In this document: positions 1 to 11,339 of the stretch, in pieces | Numbering within the stretch: the stretch's first letter is position 1 | Layout of the letters: every line of letters starts with the position of its first letter | DNA from: Sminthopsis crassicaudata | Taxonomy: Eukaryota | Direction: 5' to 3' | NCBI RefSeq assembly: GCF_048593235.1 | Contig: NC_133618.1 | Span: 612,144,889-612,208,888 of the forward strand | DNA: 64,000 bases | Translations under genes and position numbers: made by a program | Notes under the pieces: generated by a model | Database searches by the model: none | What the model saw: only the letters and a program-made list of their open reading frames with translations | What the model was told of the DNA's origin: nothing

Positions 1-111
1 TCAAAATAAAAATATTAACTTCAGTACATAAAAATGTATGTACATAAACGTCAACACATAAAAAACTCAAGATGTCATAAAAATGATAGCACTGAAGACA
101 GCCGTGTGTCA

Positions 112-167
112 TGTAGCACTCCACTGTGCCTGATACTTAGTAGGTGTCTAATAAACATTGATTGATT
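112..167 (+). mobile_element. L2 LINE 3' tail fragment
   Basis: CACTGTGCCTGATACTTAGTAGGTGTCTAATAAACATTGATTGATT resembles the L2 3' end with its short tandem tail. Confidence 0.6.
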
Positions 168-400
168 AATCTTTACTGGCAGACTGCACCAAACACATAA
201 TAATAAACTTTGTTCCACTCCTTGGAATGGAAATGTTAACTTAAATTCAAAAAAATGCACATAAATGTCAGTACATAAAAAAATCAAGGCATCCGTGAAG
301 ATGACACCACTGAAAAACTGCCCATTATTGATTTAATAAAGGGCAATTTTTCTAGTTTCTAGTTTGATAACTTTTCTATTTCTGTGAAGAATTAACCAAA

Positions 401-612
401 CACGTGCATCAAAATATTAGAAAGACATGAAGAGCTGCTTCCAAACAGGTGCAGCTGATTATCTGAAGCAAACTCTTCACCCAAAAATCTTTTATTTTCT
501 TCACAAATTTTGAGAGCACTAAAAAACTTCCAGATAATGGGAAGTCCCTGAGCTCTTTGGAAAGTGTTTTCTCATGCTCTGTACCTGGTGTGACAGCTGC
601 TTCTCTGCAGCT
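401..612. promoter_or_regulatory. E-box cluster, putative enhancer
   Basis: CACGTG 401-406, CAGGTG 446-451, CAGCTG 452-457 and TGACAGCTG 591-599 in non-repeat DNA; motif evidence only. Confidence 0.3.
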
Positions 613-1609
613 ATGGGGAGTTGTGGTTTTCCATTTGTAAAAATCCAAGTGAAATCTATCATTGGGAGGGGGGAGGTGGAATAAGGGGTGGGGGGAACAA
701 GTTCTGGGCTTCTCAAATATCTTTACAGGTTGAACATTTGGAAATGATTCAAGACACCAATCAGCATTGGAATATGGTGAAATATTTAACTCTCCACAAA
801 ACAGTATATAAAATAAGCCGTTCCTCGGTCTGATGACTATTTCAGTTTTGCCTAATGACTTGTGTTGGTGCCAAACACCTCGGAGATTCCTCAAGGGGCT
901 CATTTAAAAACCTGAATTCACAGCATTTTACTGAGGAGGGAGGATCTTGATGCAAAAAAAAAAAATTGATTTGGAAATTCATAGAGAGCACTAGCCATGC
1001 TTTGCTGCCATAAATGAACGTCAGACTGGCTTCTTGTCACAAACTATGGAGTAATATGAAATCAGATGTAAAAATTAAACAAAAAGCTGACTCCTGGCCT
1101 AAATGATTTGAGCTTCCCCCAAAACCTATACCTCTGATCCCTTTTACTCGGTCAGGAAGGCCAGCAGCTATTTCTTAGCTAGGAAGAAGTTACACTGATA
1201 AGGTAATGAGATCACAGTTTCTTTCCTTGGTCTAACAGAATTAATAGATCGTGAATGAAACCCTCTCTTAGGATTAATAGAATTCTGAAAGACTAGCTAG
1301 CCTATTTACATTATTTCTACTTATATCCCCAGTGATTGTCCCTTCTGTAAGGATACAAAGTAATTTTGTTGTGGGATGCTTTTTTTGAGGGGTAAGAGGA
1401 TCCATGAGGGAGAGGAAGTTTCCCAATGTTACTGGTTCGTGAATTACTTCTCATTAGTAGAACCCCTTTAAGATAGAAAATCATACATCTATTTCAGAAA
1501 ATGATATTCCACAAAAGAAAGAGGAGGAAACCCATTTATTTATTTATCCAAGGCAGAGAATTTTATGGAAGTGAACTATATGAAACCACATCTCCAAGGA
1601 GATATGAAC

Positions 1610-1858
1610 ACTGTTATCTTTACCTCTCATCTTCTGCAAGAAGCCTTTCCCTGTTCTTCTTAAATTTAATGCTTTCCTTCTGGGATTATCTCCAATTTAG
1701 GCCACATATATCTAGTTTGTACATAGCCAAAGTTGCATGTTGTCTTCCCCTATCAGATCCTTGAAAGCAGGAACTCTCTTTAATCATTCTTTGCATCCCC
1801 ATTGCTTAGCACAATGACTGGAACATAGTAGGTGTTTTATAAATGCTTGCTGACTTGA
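1610..1858 (+). mobile_element. L2 LINE 3' end
   Basis: Ends ...TCCTTGAAAGCAGGAACT...TTAGCACAATGACTGGAACATAGTAGGTGTTTTATAAATGCTTGCTGACT. Confidence 0.75.
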
Positions 1859-2064
1859 TATTGTAACTTTTCTATTTCATGTATTGATCTCATCTCCCTA
1901 CTGAGATAAATTTGTTAGCTTCTCAAAAGATTCTCAAAGTCTCATTTCTTTATATCCACCACATCACGTAAGACAACATTTGGCAAAGGAGGGTATAATC
2001 ACAACAATTTCTTTATTGTAGTGAACAAAGATTTCCAGAATCCTTAAATGCCTATATTGGCCTG

Positions 2065-2290
2065 TAATCTCAATATATTGTGTTATGGCAGCTTAAAAAA
2101 AAGTGAATGTAATCTCAGACTGTGTTAAGAGAGGTTGACTTCCAGTTATAATGAGGGGATAGTGCATTGTGCTGTGGGCAGATCACACTGGAAGAACTTT
2201 TGTTGTCATATTTAAGGAAGGGCAACTGATAAAGCTGAAGAGCATCCAGTTAGTCATAAGCATTTCTTAAGTGGCTGTAATTTGTCAGGC
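2065..2290 (+). mobile_element. CR1/L3 LINE fragment
   Basis: GAATGTAATCTCAGACTGTGTTAAGAGAGG...CAGATCACACTGGAAGAAC...GATAAAGCTGAAGAGCATCCAG follows the C-terminal region of CR1 ORF2. Confidence 0.65.
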
Positions 2291-2299
2291 ACTGGGCTA

Positions 2300-2655
2300 A
2301 CTGCTAAATTATCTAAAGAAATACAGATTCTTTGAGCCATCTGCAGCCAGAGAGAGACTGTGGGAATCCAATGTAGATCACAACATGGCGTCTTTACTTT
2401 TGTTGTTGTTGTTCTTTGCTTTTTTGCTTGTTTTTTCTTTATGTCATTTTTCTTGCACAGCATGATAAATGTGAGGAAATGTTTAGAAGAATTGCACATG
2501 TTTAACCTATATTGGATTACTTGCTGTCTAGGGAAGGAGGGAAGGGAAGAAGGAGGGAGAAAATTTGGAACACAAAGTTTTGAAAGGGTGAATGCTGAAA
2601 ACTATCTTTGCATGTATTTTGAAAAATAAAAAGCTATTATTATTTTTTTAAAAAG
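2300..2655 (+). mobile_element. Marsupial L1 3'UTR fragment
   Basis: GCCATCTGCAGCCAGAGAGAGACTGTGGG...GAAAATTTGGAACACAAAG...AATAAAAAGCTATT; homologous to the copies at 17.3 and 19.5 kb. Confidence 0.85.
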
Positions 2656-2699
2656 ACAATCTCTTCTCTGTAGAAACACAGACTAACTTGGAGTAGGGG

Positions 2700-3000
2700 G
2701 AAGATAACATTCAAATAACTACACACAAACAAGATATATGTGAGTTAAATTGGTGATAATCCAGATGGAAGGCATTAAGATTAAGGTGGGTAGGAAAGAC
2801 TTCTTTTAGAAGTGAGACTTGGAAATCATGCCATATGAAAATCAAATGGAAATGTTTAAGCTGAAGAAAAGAAGGCAGAATGAGAGATGGAGTAGAAGGG
2901 GCACTATGAATGACAATTGAGAATTGTCCAGTATTTGAAGGAAAGAGGGATTCCATTTGTCCTATTGAGTCAACAGGAGTGTCAGTGAATAAAAATTGCA
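2700..3000 (-). mobile_element. L2 LINE fragment
   Basis: Purine-rich GGAAAGACTTCTTTTAGAAGTGAGACTTGG... typical of antisense L2. Confidence 0.55.
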
Positions 3001-3004
3001 AAGA

Positions 3005-3175
3005 AGCCAATCTGGGTCAGGAGAAATTTCCTTAACAATTAGAGCTATGCCAAAGTGGAATGGATTGTTGTGTGAGATATCCACTCCCCAATTTTTATGG
3101 GGTTTCTAAGCAAAGCTAAAATGACCACATGTTGGGTGTGCTGTAGTAGAATTACAGGAGCTGAAAAAAAATTAG
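3005..3175 (+). mobile_element. CR1/L3 3' fragment, probable continuation of 2065-2290
   Basis: GGAGAAATTTCCTTAACAATTAGAGCTATGCCAAAGTGGAATGGATTG...GCAAAGCTAAAATGACCACATGTTGGG. Confidence 0.65.
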
Positions 3176-3214
3176 CTTCTGATTTTTAATGGACATGAAA
3201 GGAGCAATCTACTT

Positions 3215-3320
3215 GATTACAAGTTACTTGAGGCCACGAATTGTTGTTTTTTTCCTTTATATCCTAAGAGCCTTTCACAGAGCCGTGCATACAGTAAGCA
3301 CTTAATAAATACTCATCATA
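3215..3320 (+). mobile_element. L2 3' tail
   Basis: TTACAAGTTACTTGAGG...GCATACAGTAAGCACTTAATAAAT. Confidence 0.65.
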
Positions 3321-4532
3321 TTGTGCTGAATTGGATGCCAAACAGCTAATTATTACACGATATCTGGGAATGAAATAAAAATCCACTGAATGCTAATTAT
3401 AGGAGGTTTAATTCCAAAAGGCTTTATGTAAATCAGCTATTTGTAACTTGGAATGCATTTCATTCTAGTATCATGTTGTAGTGATGATGTTCCCAGATCA
3501 GCCCACAGAAGCCTATTTGACCCATAATAGTGCTGAAATACATACACATCTGCAATGAAAAATAGAAAATAATATTAACGAAAATGGATAGTGCAGTATC
3601 TCAGCCTCACAATATCTAGCAGATCTTAAGATTAAACCTCTCTTGATCCCAGCCCTGTCAACTTAGCTCTACAAATCATTCTAACTAAAGAATAAAAGAT
3701 AATTGGATCAGTCTTTGATCTGCCTGGGGAGAGGGAGACACCAGTAAAACAGTGGATACATTTAAAGTAAGAGAATCAGGGAATGGATCTTAGATTTCTT
3801 ACATCTTGGTTCCCTTCTCCCCAAGCTATTTTTACTTTGACATGTTACTTCCTGAGTACCTCTGATTTTCCCAATCCTCTTTGCTCAAGCCTGAGGCTGC
3901 AGCTACTCTTGAAGTAGATGAGGAAAGAGGGCAGATGGAGGAAGCAGGATTTTCTATAAACCCAAATTAGGCAGGATCCACCTGCAGTTCAAGTTTGTAG
4001 CTTTGGTGTGGTTAGGATGGAACAATGGAATAGGAATTATGCTGCACAATTTGTTTATCTATTGTCCCTGCTCAAATGTCCAGCAGCTCTCCTTCTCTGT
4101 CTCTCCGAAGCTCTATTTTCCTAAATGGGATCAATCCTCACATCACAGAACATTAGAGCTAGAAAGGGTCTCAAAGATAATAGAGTTGTGATTATAATTT
4201 TGATACCCCTATTCAATAAGTAGTTCATTGTGATTTATGGGAATAGGTGATTTTCTATAAGATAGAGATAATTAAGTTTAATTATTATAATGAGAATTAT
4301 CTAAGATGGAATAAATTAATCACTATATATTGATGATAAAAGCTATATCTTGATGATGGTAGTGCTTTTAAATGTTAGATTTATATAGTCTGTTACTTAG
4401 GCCTGTATTAACCTGTCAGGAACTTACTGTACTAATATCCTACCCTCCCCATAAATATGTTCTAAGAGGTGCTTTATTCCAAGAAAACCACAATTTCCCC
4501 TTTTACTTTGTTCTTTTCTTGCCTAATATTTG

Positions 4533-4800
4533 TAACATGCTGATGGAAAGTCCCAGAATCTTGTTGCCTAGCCACTAACTAAATATTCATGATTGATGAC
4601 ATGTGGAGAGACTGATGACTAAACTTTTGGTGACTGATATTTTCCTTTAACCAATCATGTGAGTTTCTTCCTGTGGAACTGACCAATCAAAGACCTGTAT
4701 CGTTTCAATCTATTTTTGGCATCAGTTACTATAAAAGAAGGGAACCCCCCCAACCCTGGGAAAAAGGTCCCCCTAACTGCAGAGGAGATTCTTGGATCCA
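4533..4800 (+). mobile_element. LTR-like fragment (U3 region)
   Basis: Starts TGTAACA; two CCAAT boxes (AACCAATCA, GACCAATCA) followed by CTATAAAAG; no 3' end found. Confidence 0.4.
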
Positions 4801-4869
4801 ATTGCTTGGGCTCCATCAGTTTCCCTAATACATTGAAATTGCTCAGTCTGCCTCAATGTCCTTTTGTTG

Positions 4870-5000
4870 CAGATTGGAATTTTAGGGTCATAGATCTAAT
4901 GTTCCTTTTTATAAATGAGGAGACTGGAGCTGAAAGGTCAAGAAACCTATTCTAAATTCTGCAGATTTGATAAGAGTATAGCTACAACTAGAGGCCAAAT
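4870..5000 (-). mobile_element. MIR-family SINE split by an L1 (continues about 5460-5520)
   Basis: CORE-like TTTTATAAATGAGGAGACTGGAGCTGAAAGG before the L1; TTAACTTCCAGTC...CTTTTTCTGCCATATTACCAC after it. Confidence 0.55.
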
Positions 5001-5002
5001 TT

Positions 5003-5459
5003 CTTTTTTTTATTTTAATAATTTTTGTTTACCAGGTATATGCATGGGTAAATTTACGACACTGATAATTGCCAAACCTTTTGTTCTAATTTTCCCCTCC
5101 TCCCCCCCCCACAGATGGCAGGTTGACCAATACATATTAAATATGTTAAAGTATAAATTAAATACAATATACGTATACATGTCCAAGCAGTTGTTTTGCT
5201 GTACAAAAAGAATCAGACTTTGAAATAGTGTACAATTAGCCTGTGAAGGAAATCAAAAATGCAGGCGGACAAAATTAGAGGGATTGGGAATTCTATGTAG
5301 TCACAGTCATCTCCCAGAGTTCTTTTGCTGGGTATAGCTGGTTCAATTCATTACTGTTCTATTGGAGCTGATTTGTTTCATCTCATTGTTGGAGAGGGCC
5401 ACGTCCATCAGAATTGAGCATCATATAGTATTGTTGTTGAAGTATACAACGATCTCCTG
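5003..5459 (-). mobile_element. L1 3'UTR, 5'-truncated
   Basis: Poly-T start, then GCCACGTCCATCAGAATTGAGCATCATATAGTATTGTTG as in the other L1 copies; degenerate flanking repeat AGAGGCCAAATTTCT / AGGGACCACATTTCT. Confidence 0.9.
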
Positions 5460-5619
5460 TAGGGACCACATTTCTTAACTTCCAGTCAATCAAATGCTTT
5501 TTCTGCCATATTACCACTGCTTCTTGAAACCTTTGCCCAAAGTTCAGCACTCAGCACTGGTAGATCCTACAAGGCTCTGACTGGTGAATTTTCATCTCAT
5601 CTTACCCAGCCTCAGGATA

Positions 5620-5760
5620 GATAAATGGACAGACAAAGAGACAGGCAGACAAGCACACAGACAAATAGAGGGATAAAAAGATAGATAAATAGATAAATGG
5701 ATAAATAAATAGATAGAAATAGATATAGATATATTATTGTTATTGTTGTTGTTATTGTTG
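5620..5760. repeat. Degenerate (GATA)n/(GACA)n followed by (TTG)n
   Basis: Direct reading. Confidence 0.85.
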
Positions 5761-7149
5761 TCACTATTATCATCTTTCTGCCTTTTAGACCCTCACATCA
5801 CTTCCTATAATCATCTTCCTGTCCTGCCATTCATGAGTATCCCTTTCTTCCTTTTGACCTCTAGCTCTGAGAACAGTAATCAAAACCATTCAACCATTTC
5901 CAGAAAGGCCAAGCCACTCAATTGTCCTGTGACTTGAATCAGCATCCTCTTTGACCTCCCTTTCCAAAACATTCTTCCTGATCTCCATTCCTCTATATGG
6001 GTGGTCTTTCCCCATTAGAATACAGAGAGCAGAGATTGTCTTGCTTGCTTATATTTATATGCACAGAAAATATCTGCATTGCCCGATAAATGAGTGCTTC
6101 ATCATTCATCATTCATTTACTAATGATTTATTAGACTCATCACTATTCTTGTTATCCATGAGGATCTTGATACATCATTTGATTTCACAATAAAAAGTAG
6201 CTTTTTTTACTCTTTGCTCTTCTTCAGGAAATTTAGATATACACCTTGATTTTTTTTTAGCAACCATGAGCTCAAAGGTACCATCATTGATAATAATATT
6301 AGGAATAACTATATCAACTCACACATACCTAGTCTTGTAAGAGTTTCTGTAACATTTACTTCCTAACATTCTTGTGAAGTAACTCATAATTATAATTGAG
6401 ATTAAGTCACAGAGATGTCAAGAAATATGCCCATCATCATAAAGCAAGTAAGCTTCAGAGTCATGATTTGAATGCAGTTCTCCTTTCTACATGATCATAC
6501 TTCCTAGCCCTCCAAGACCTCTTTCAGATTCTCTTCTGTCTATCTGTCTTATCTGCTGTCTATCTAACAAGCCTAACATCAGACACCTGATGCTTAAAGG
6601 CTCAACCCAATTTCTGGCCATACTGGCCCATAATCACATACTTTTATAGTCTGAAGATTGCACCAAATAAAACAAGAGGATGTGGATCCTCCAGATCTTC
6701 AGTTTTTCTAAGAGACCATCAGTCTTACCTCTAGAATTGAAGCTGTAATTTCCATCCCTTCTTTACAGAAACTGGCTATATACCACCAGATAAAGTTGTC
6801 AGATTAGTGAATTATGTTTGTTGAGATGCATTTTTCCCTCTCTCTTTTTTCTTAGAGCATGGTCTGTTAGGAAAGGAAAGAAAGATCTGTACTTTGGAAC
6901 TAAAGAAGAAGCCAGAGGTGGGGGTGTATAACTGAAATCCCAGCTATCAAGTTATCAAGGATTCTGAGGCTGTCTGCTCAGAAGTTAATATAGGGAATTA
7001 TAGGAAAGGAAGAGACAAGTAGTTTGCCTCAGGAGAGGAAAATAGGGTTAGCCTGGAAACAGTGGATCAAAGCTACCATGATAAATGAGTAATAAGATTA
7101 GACCTAGAATAAATAGCCCATGGATATACAGCCCAGGTAACATGGGAAA

Positions 7150-7280
7150 GCCCTTCCATTTACTACTTGTGTGACCCTGAATTAGTAATTTAACTTCTCT
7201 GAGCATCGATTTCCTTAAATGGAAAATTAGGAAGTCAGACTAGAACTCCAATTTCACTTCTATCTCTAAATCTATAATCA
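7150..7280 (+). mobile_element. MIR3/Ther-2 SINE
   Basis: CORE TGTGTGACCCTG...AACTTCTCTGAGC with a CR1-type tail ...CTTCTATCTCTAAATCTATAATC. Confidence 0.6.
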
Positions 7281-7619
7281 TTTTATCCTATAAAGAAGTA
7301 TTAACAATTTTTTTTTCCAAAATGATTCAAAAAATTAAAAGTTGTTAAAGGAGTATCTGAGGTATTGCTCAGACCCCACTTATGGGCAACTAATATGAAT
7401 ATCCTTTTCCCCTGCTCCACTCCCTACCACCAACCAACATCCAAACCCTTCTACAGCTGCAAAGAATACTGACTACCCAGTGATCCCTAAATGTCTCAAC
7501 AAACATTTCTTTTTTTAAGAGAGAAATTCTGTAATTTCAAGCTATTCATCCCTGCCCCACACATATACATATACTCCAAATGTGTTGTACACTATACAGA
7601 CCATCAATCACAGGCAACC

Positions 7620-7840
7620 ACTGGCAAAATGGATCAAGCACTAATCCTAGAGTTAAGAAGATCCAAGTTCAAAGCCAATCTCAGACATTTATTAGCTGTG
7701 TGACCTTGTCATTTAACCTTGTTTGCCATAGTTTCATCCTGTGTAAAAGGAACTGCAGAAGGAAATGGCCAGCCACTTCAGTATCTGCCAGGAAAACCTT
7801 AAATAATGGAGGCACAAAGAGTCAGATACTACTGAAATGA
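7620..7840 (+). mobile_element. Mar1 SINE
   Basis: CORE plus GAAGGAAATGGCCAGCCACTTCAGTATCTGCCAGGAAAACC...CACAAAGAGTCAGATACTACTGAAATGATTGAACAA. Confidence 0.8.
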
Positions 7841-8416
7841 TTGAACAAAATAGATGCTTTTATTGTTATTGTTATATGTTTATATATCAACACGGATAAG
7901 AGTATTATAGAATATTTCTGACCCTTAACAGCATTTCAAACTGATTCTTGTAGAGTGCTCTTCTCATTACCCTAAGACAAACTTCCTTGAGACTTATCAC
8001 ATCATTGATCCAGAGAGCTAAAGGAACTCTCTGAAAGTTATCAAGTTTCTACTGACCCACTGTACAATCAAGGGAACTGAGGTCCAGTCAGAGACAGATT
8101 TAGGACTTGCTAGTTAGATAACACAAGAGAGAAAGACAGAAGGAGGAGGAGGGAGCCAGAGAGAAAGCTTAGCCAACATTTTGTCCTGCTCTTGTTTTTC
8201 AAAATGCGAAGCAATTTCCTCATTTGTATGAATTTGCATACTGGTTTCCAGAGGCACTAAGTATGTACAAAAAAAATACCACTAACAAATGCCTCCTTCT
8301 TCAATTGCCTTTCAACCCAATATTCTGCAGATGACTCACATAACATAAAAGATTTTAAAATTCATCAATTCCACCATATACCAGATTAGGCAAGACATAC
8401 ATATTGAAGAAGATTT

Positions 8417-8433
8417 GTGCGCAAGTGTGCGCG

Positions 8434-8480
<47 letters not shown>
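8417..8480. repeat. (CA)n microsatellite with a GTGCGC-rich leader
   Basis: About 22 CA units at 8436-8480, preceded by GTGCGCAAGTGTGCGCGC. Confidence 0.97.
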
Positions 8481-8486
<6 letters not shown>

Positions 8487-8542
8487 CAGGGGCAGTCAGC
8501 CAGCAGTTCAGGGCTTCATGTACAACCTCCATCTTCCCTCAC

Positions 8543-8863
8543 CTCCCCACAGTGAGCTGGTCCCCAGATGTAAGAGCCTGAAGCCAAGAAGAGCTGAGTA
8601 GCACTCTGAAGACGACCAACTGAAGACCGCTATCCTTTAGGCTTTTCTGCTATCCACCAGAGATCACCTTGGCCCAAGGACATACCACGACCTTCAGGAT
8701 GTTGCTCAGGAACATCCCGATCCAAAGCCATTCTCTCAAGGTCACATGTGTCAAAAGGGCTTTGGCTCTTCCAGGATGAATCCAGGATTCTCTCCAAGTT
8801 GGCATGAAGGGCCAACTTCCCCCCACATATAGAATCCCCAGTTTTCCACGGTTGCACGCCCCC

Positions 8864-8918
<55 letters not shown>

Positions 8919-9121
8919 AATATACTTTCTCCCTCTGATACTTGCCTCTTTTTCTTGCCCCCCCTTTCCTGTCTTTTCTTTTTCACACATGCACAAACAG
9001 TCACGTCGTCATATGAGACAAGTGAACACTGAATCTTATGGGTAAAAAAAACAGATGTTTTCCAATTTTCCTTCACAAAACCATATTTTATATAGGGTTC
9101 CTCAATGGATTTATAGCCAAT
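8543..9121 (-). promoter_or_regulatory. Putative TATA/CCAAT promoter and non-coding first exon of an unidentified gene
   Basis: Minus-strand TATATAAAA 9086-9094, CCAAT 9117-9121, 5' splice site GAG|GTGAGG at 8543/8542, CpG retention and no transposon. Confidence 0.45.
8866..8918. repeat. (TA)n microsatellite
   Basis: About 22 perfect AT units plus a degenerate end. Confidence 0.98.
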
Positions 9122-9624
9122 GAAGAGATGTTACTCCATTAGCTCATGGAGGGGGGATGATAAAAACTGGAAAGGAAGAGTCAGACAAGGCAGAAAGAGG
9201 CTATCCAGAAGGCTGCAATTGGAGAAGCATGACGAATGGGCAGTGTACTTTTAGAGGGTTCCGACCGAAAGGCAGATTGCCTGACTGGGAGTTATTCTCT
9301 GCAGCTGGAGCATCACACAGACCATCTGGTATTTTTTAAATCGCCTTTCCCCAGGTGATCTGATTCTTGGAGTGCCAGTGGAGAAGAGAAAAGAAGGGAT
9401 TGTGAGCCTCCGACCAGCTTCCAATGCTCCCCTAATTAGTTAATGGAATCTTGTTTGAATCGGTTTCAATTTCTCCTCCAAATCAAGCTCTTGCTATTTA
9501 CCCTTCACCCCCACCTCCATCCCCACCACACACACAGCCCACAGCAAAGAGCTAGTGACTGGAAGCTTAACTCCTAAAGGTTTTCTGTACAAAGGAACAA
9601 AATGTGATTCTCAGCGTGATGATC

Positions 9625-9634
9625 CAAAATGGCG
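9625..9634 (+). promoter_or_regulatory. YY1-type motif
   Basis: CAAAATGGCG matches the YY1 consensus AANATGGCG, with its CpG intact. Confidence 0.45.
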
Positions 9635-10427
9635 CTGAAGAGACAGCTCTGGTCCAAATTCCCCAACACAGAGCCAACAAAGCTTCCTTTTTAGTCTCAC
9701 TCTTCTCAATGTTGCTCTTGGCTGTTGTCTAATGAAGAGCCCACATGCTGAGAACCACACTTTTCTTTCCCAGATGGTTCATCCCCCAAGTAAAAAATTA
9801 TTTACCAGTAGTCCCTCATCATAAAGAAGCTTTTTTTTTTCTTCTACAGTTGAGCAGGAAGAGTATGAGGGAAATGAAGGATCCTCTCTACACCCACATT
9901 TCTAGCAGGGCTTTTCCCTACCATCTGACCTTGATTTGTACCACCAGAAATCATTCCATATATTTTAAGTTCCTGAAATTACACAAAAGTCCATACTTTT
10001 TTTAAAAAATTTTTTGATAATTTCAAAGGAGGAGACTTAAGACCAGTTATAATATGTGGTATGGCCAAGGGGATAGTTCAGAACTTTTATTGGTTGTTAC
10101 TTATGTGGTCAGAGACCAATGAACCAATGGACTTTCAGATGTTGAGACCATCTACTCACAGAAGCTAAGCAACACATTATATAGATTTCACATGATGCAT
10201 CCAAACTTCATGGACTCACCACAGCATCATAGATTTGGAGTTAAGTATCTTTGAAATCATCCAATCCAACTCTTTTTATTTCACAAATGCAGGAATTGAA
10301 GCCTGGAGCAGTAAACTGACCTCCTGAACATCACCAACTGGGTAAAAGGACAGAGGGAAAATTTGAACCCATGATGTAAACCCCCATTTATTCTTAGTTT
10401 TACCCTGGCTCAATACTCCTCCCTTTT

Positions 10428-10545
10428 TTTGGAGCCTGAGTTGAGTGATTTGCCCAGAGTACTTAGTAAGTGTCTGAGGTCAAATTTGAACTCAGTTCCT
10501 CCTGACTCCAGGACTGGTACTCTATCCACAGCACAACCTGGCTGT
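10428..10545 (-). mobile_element. WSINE1-like SINE, partial
   Basis: GTGATTTGCCCAG...GTGTCTGAGGTCAAATTTGAACTCAGTTCCTCCTGACTCCAGG (B box on the minus strand). Confidence 0.8.
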
Positions 10546-10757
10546 CTTGGCCCAACCCCCTTCCCCCATCCCAGACACAATTCCTACTATAATATCCTCC
10601 ATGCAAAGCACAGATAAATTGCAGACATCTCTTGGTCAATGATAGGCATTCTTTCTCATTCTTCATCTTCACCCAACCAACAATAGGGCACTGCAATGAG
10701 ATCTCATTCTTATTCAGCCTCTTCTTATAGCTCTACTAATCACCAAAAAAGATTCTA

Positions 10758-10927
10758 TTTTTTTTTTTTTTTTTTTTGCTGAGGCAATTGGGGTTAAGTG
10801 ACTTGCCCAGGTCACCAGGCAATCTAATTTAAACAGCCAGGAAGTGTTAAGTGTCTGAGGTTAGATTTGAACTCAGGTCCTCCTGATTTCAGGGTTGGTG
10901 CTCTATCCACTTCACCAACTAGCTGCC
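10758..10927 (-). mobile_element. WSINE1 SINE with a 17-nt internal insertion
   Basis: 20-nt poly-T tail, full body, extra CAGGCAATCTAATTTAA at 10816-10832. Confidence 0.92.
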
Positions 10928-11339
10928 TTCTGTTTTCTATTTTCTAAATTGTGAGTTGTTATTCCTTATCACCATAGGTTCAAAACTTGCTCTTCCCTTA
11001 TGATTAATAAATCTCTGCCATACTTGATATGTTTTGCCTTTTCTCCAACTGATACTTCACAATACAAAGAGAAATGCCATGACACAAATAACTGTTCAAA
11101 TCGACAAATGTCTGTTGAGTGTCTAGTATGTGAACAGCACCATGGATATCAAGTTGTATTGCCTCTTCCTTAAGGAAAAAACATAGGATCTAGATAGGAT
11201 AATAGTACAAACAAATAAATCAATAACAATGAAAAGCACAAGGCACTTAAAAATGAGATCTATCCAAATGTTATAAGAATATGAAACACTACATATGGTG
11301 CAAGGAAAAAGAAAAGCTCAAAAGAATGGAAAAATAATA

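Noticed and set aside
664-695. G-quadruplex-like G-tracts (also about 46843-46866)
   Set aside because: Short homopolymer G-runs are common; no supporting context
8404-9076. ORFs 8404-8601, 8630-9076 and 8751-8996 as protein-coding genes
   Set aside because: Kept open largely by (CA)n/(TA)n repeats; no recognisable domain; stops precede the donor site
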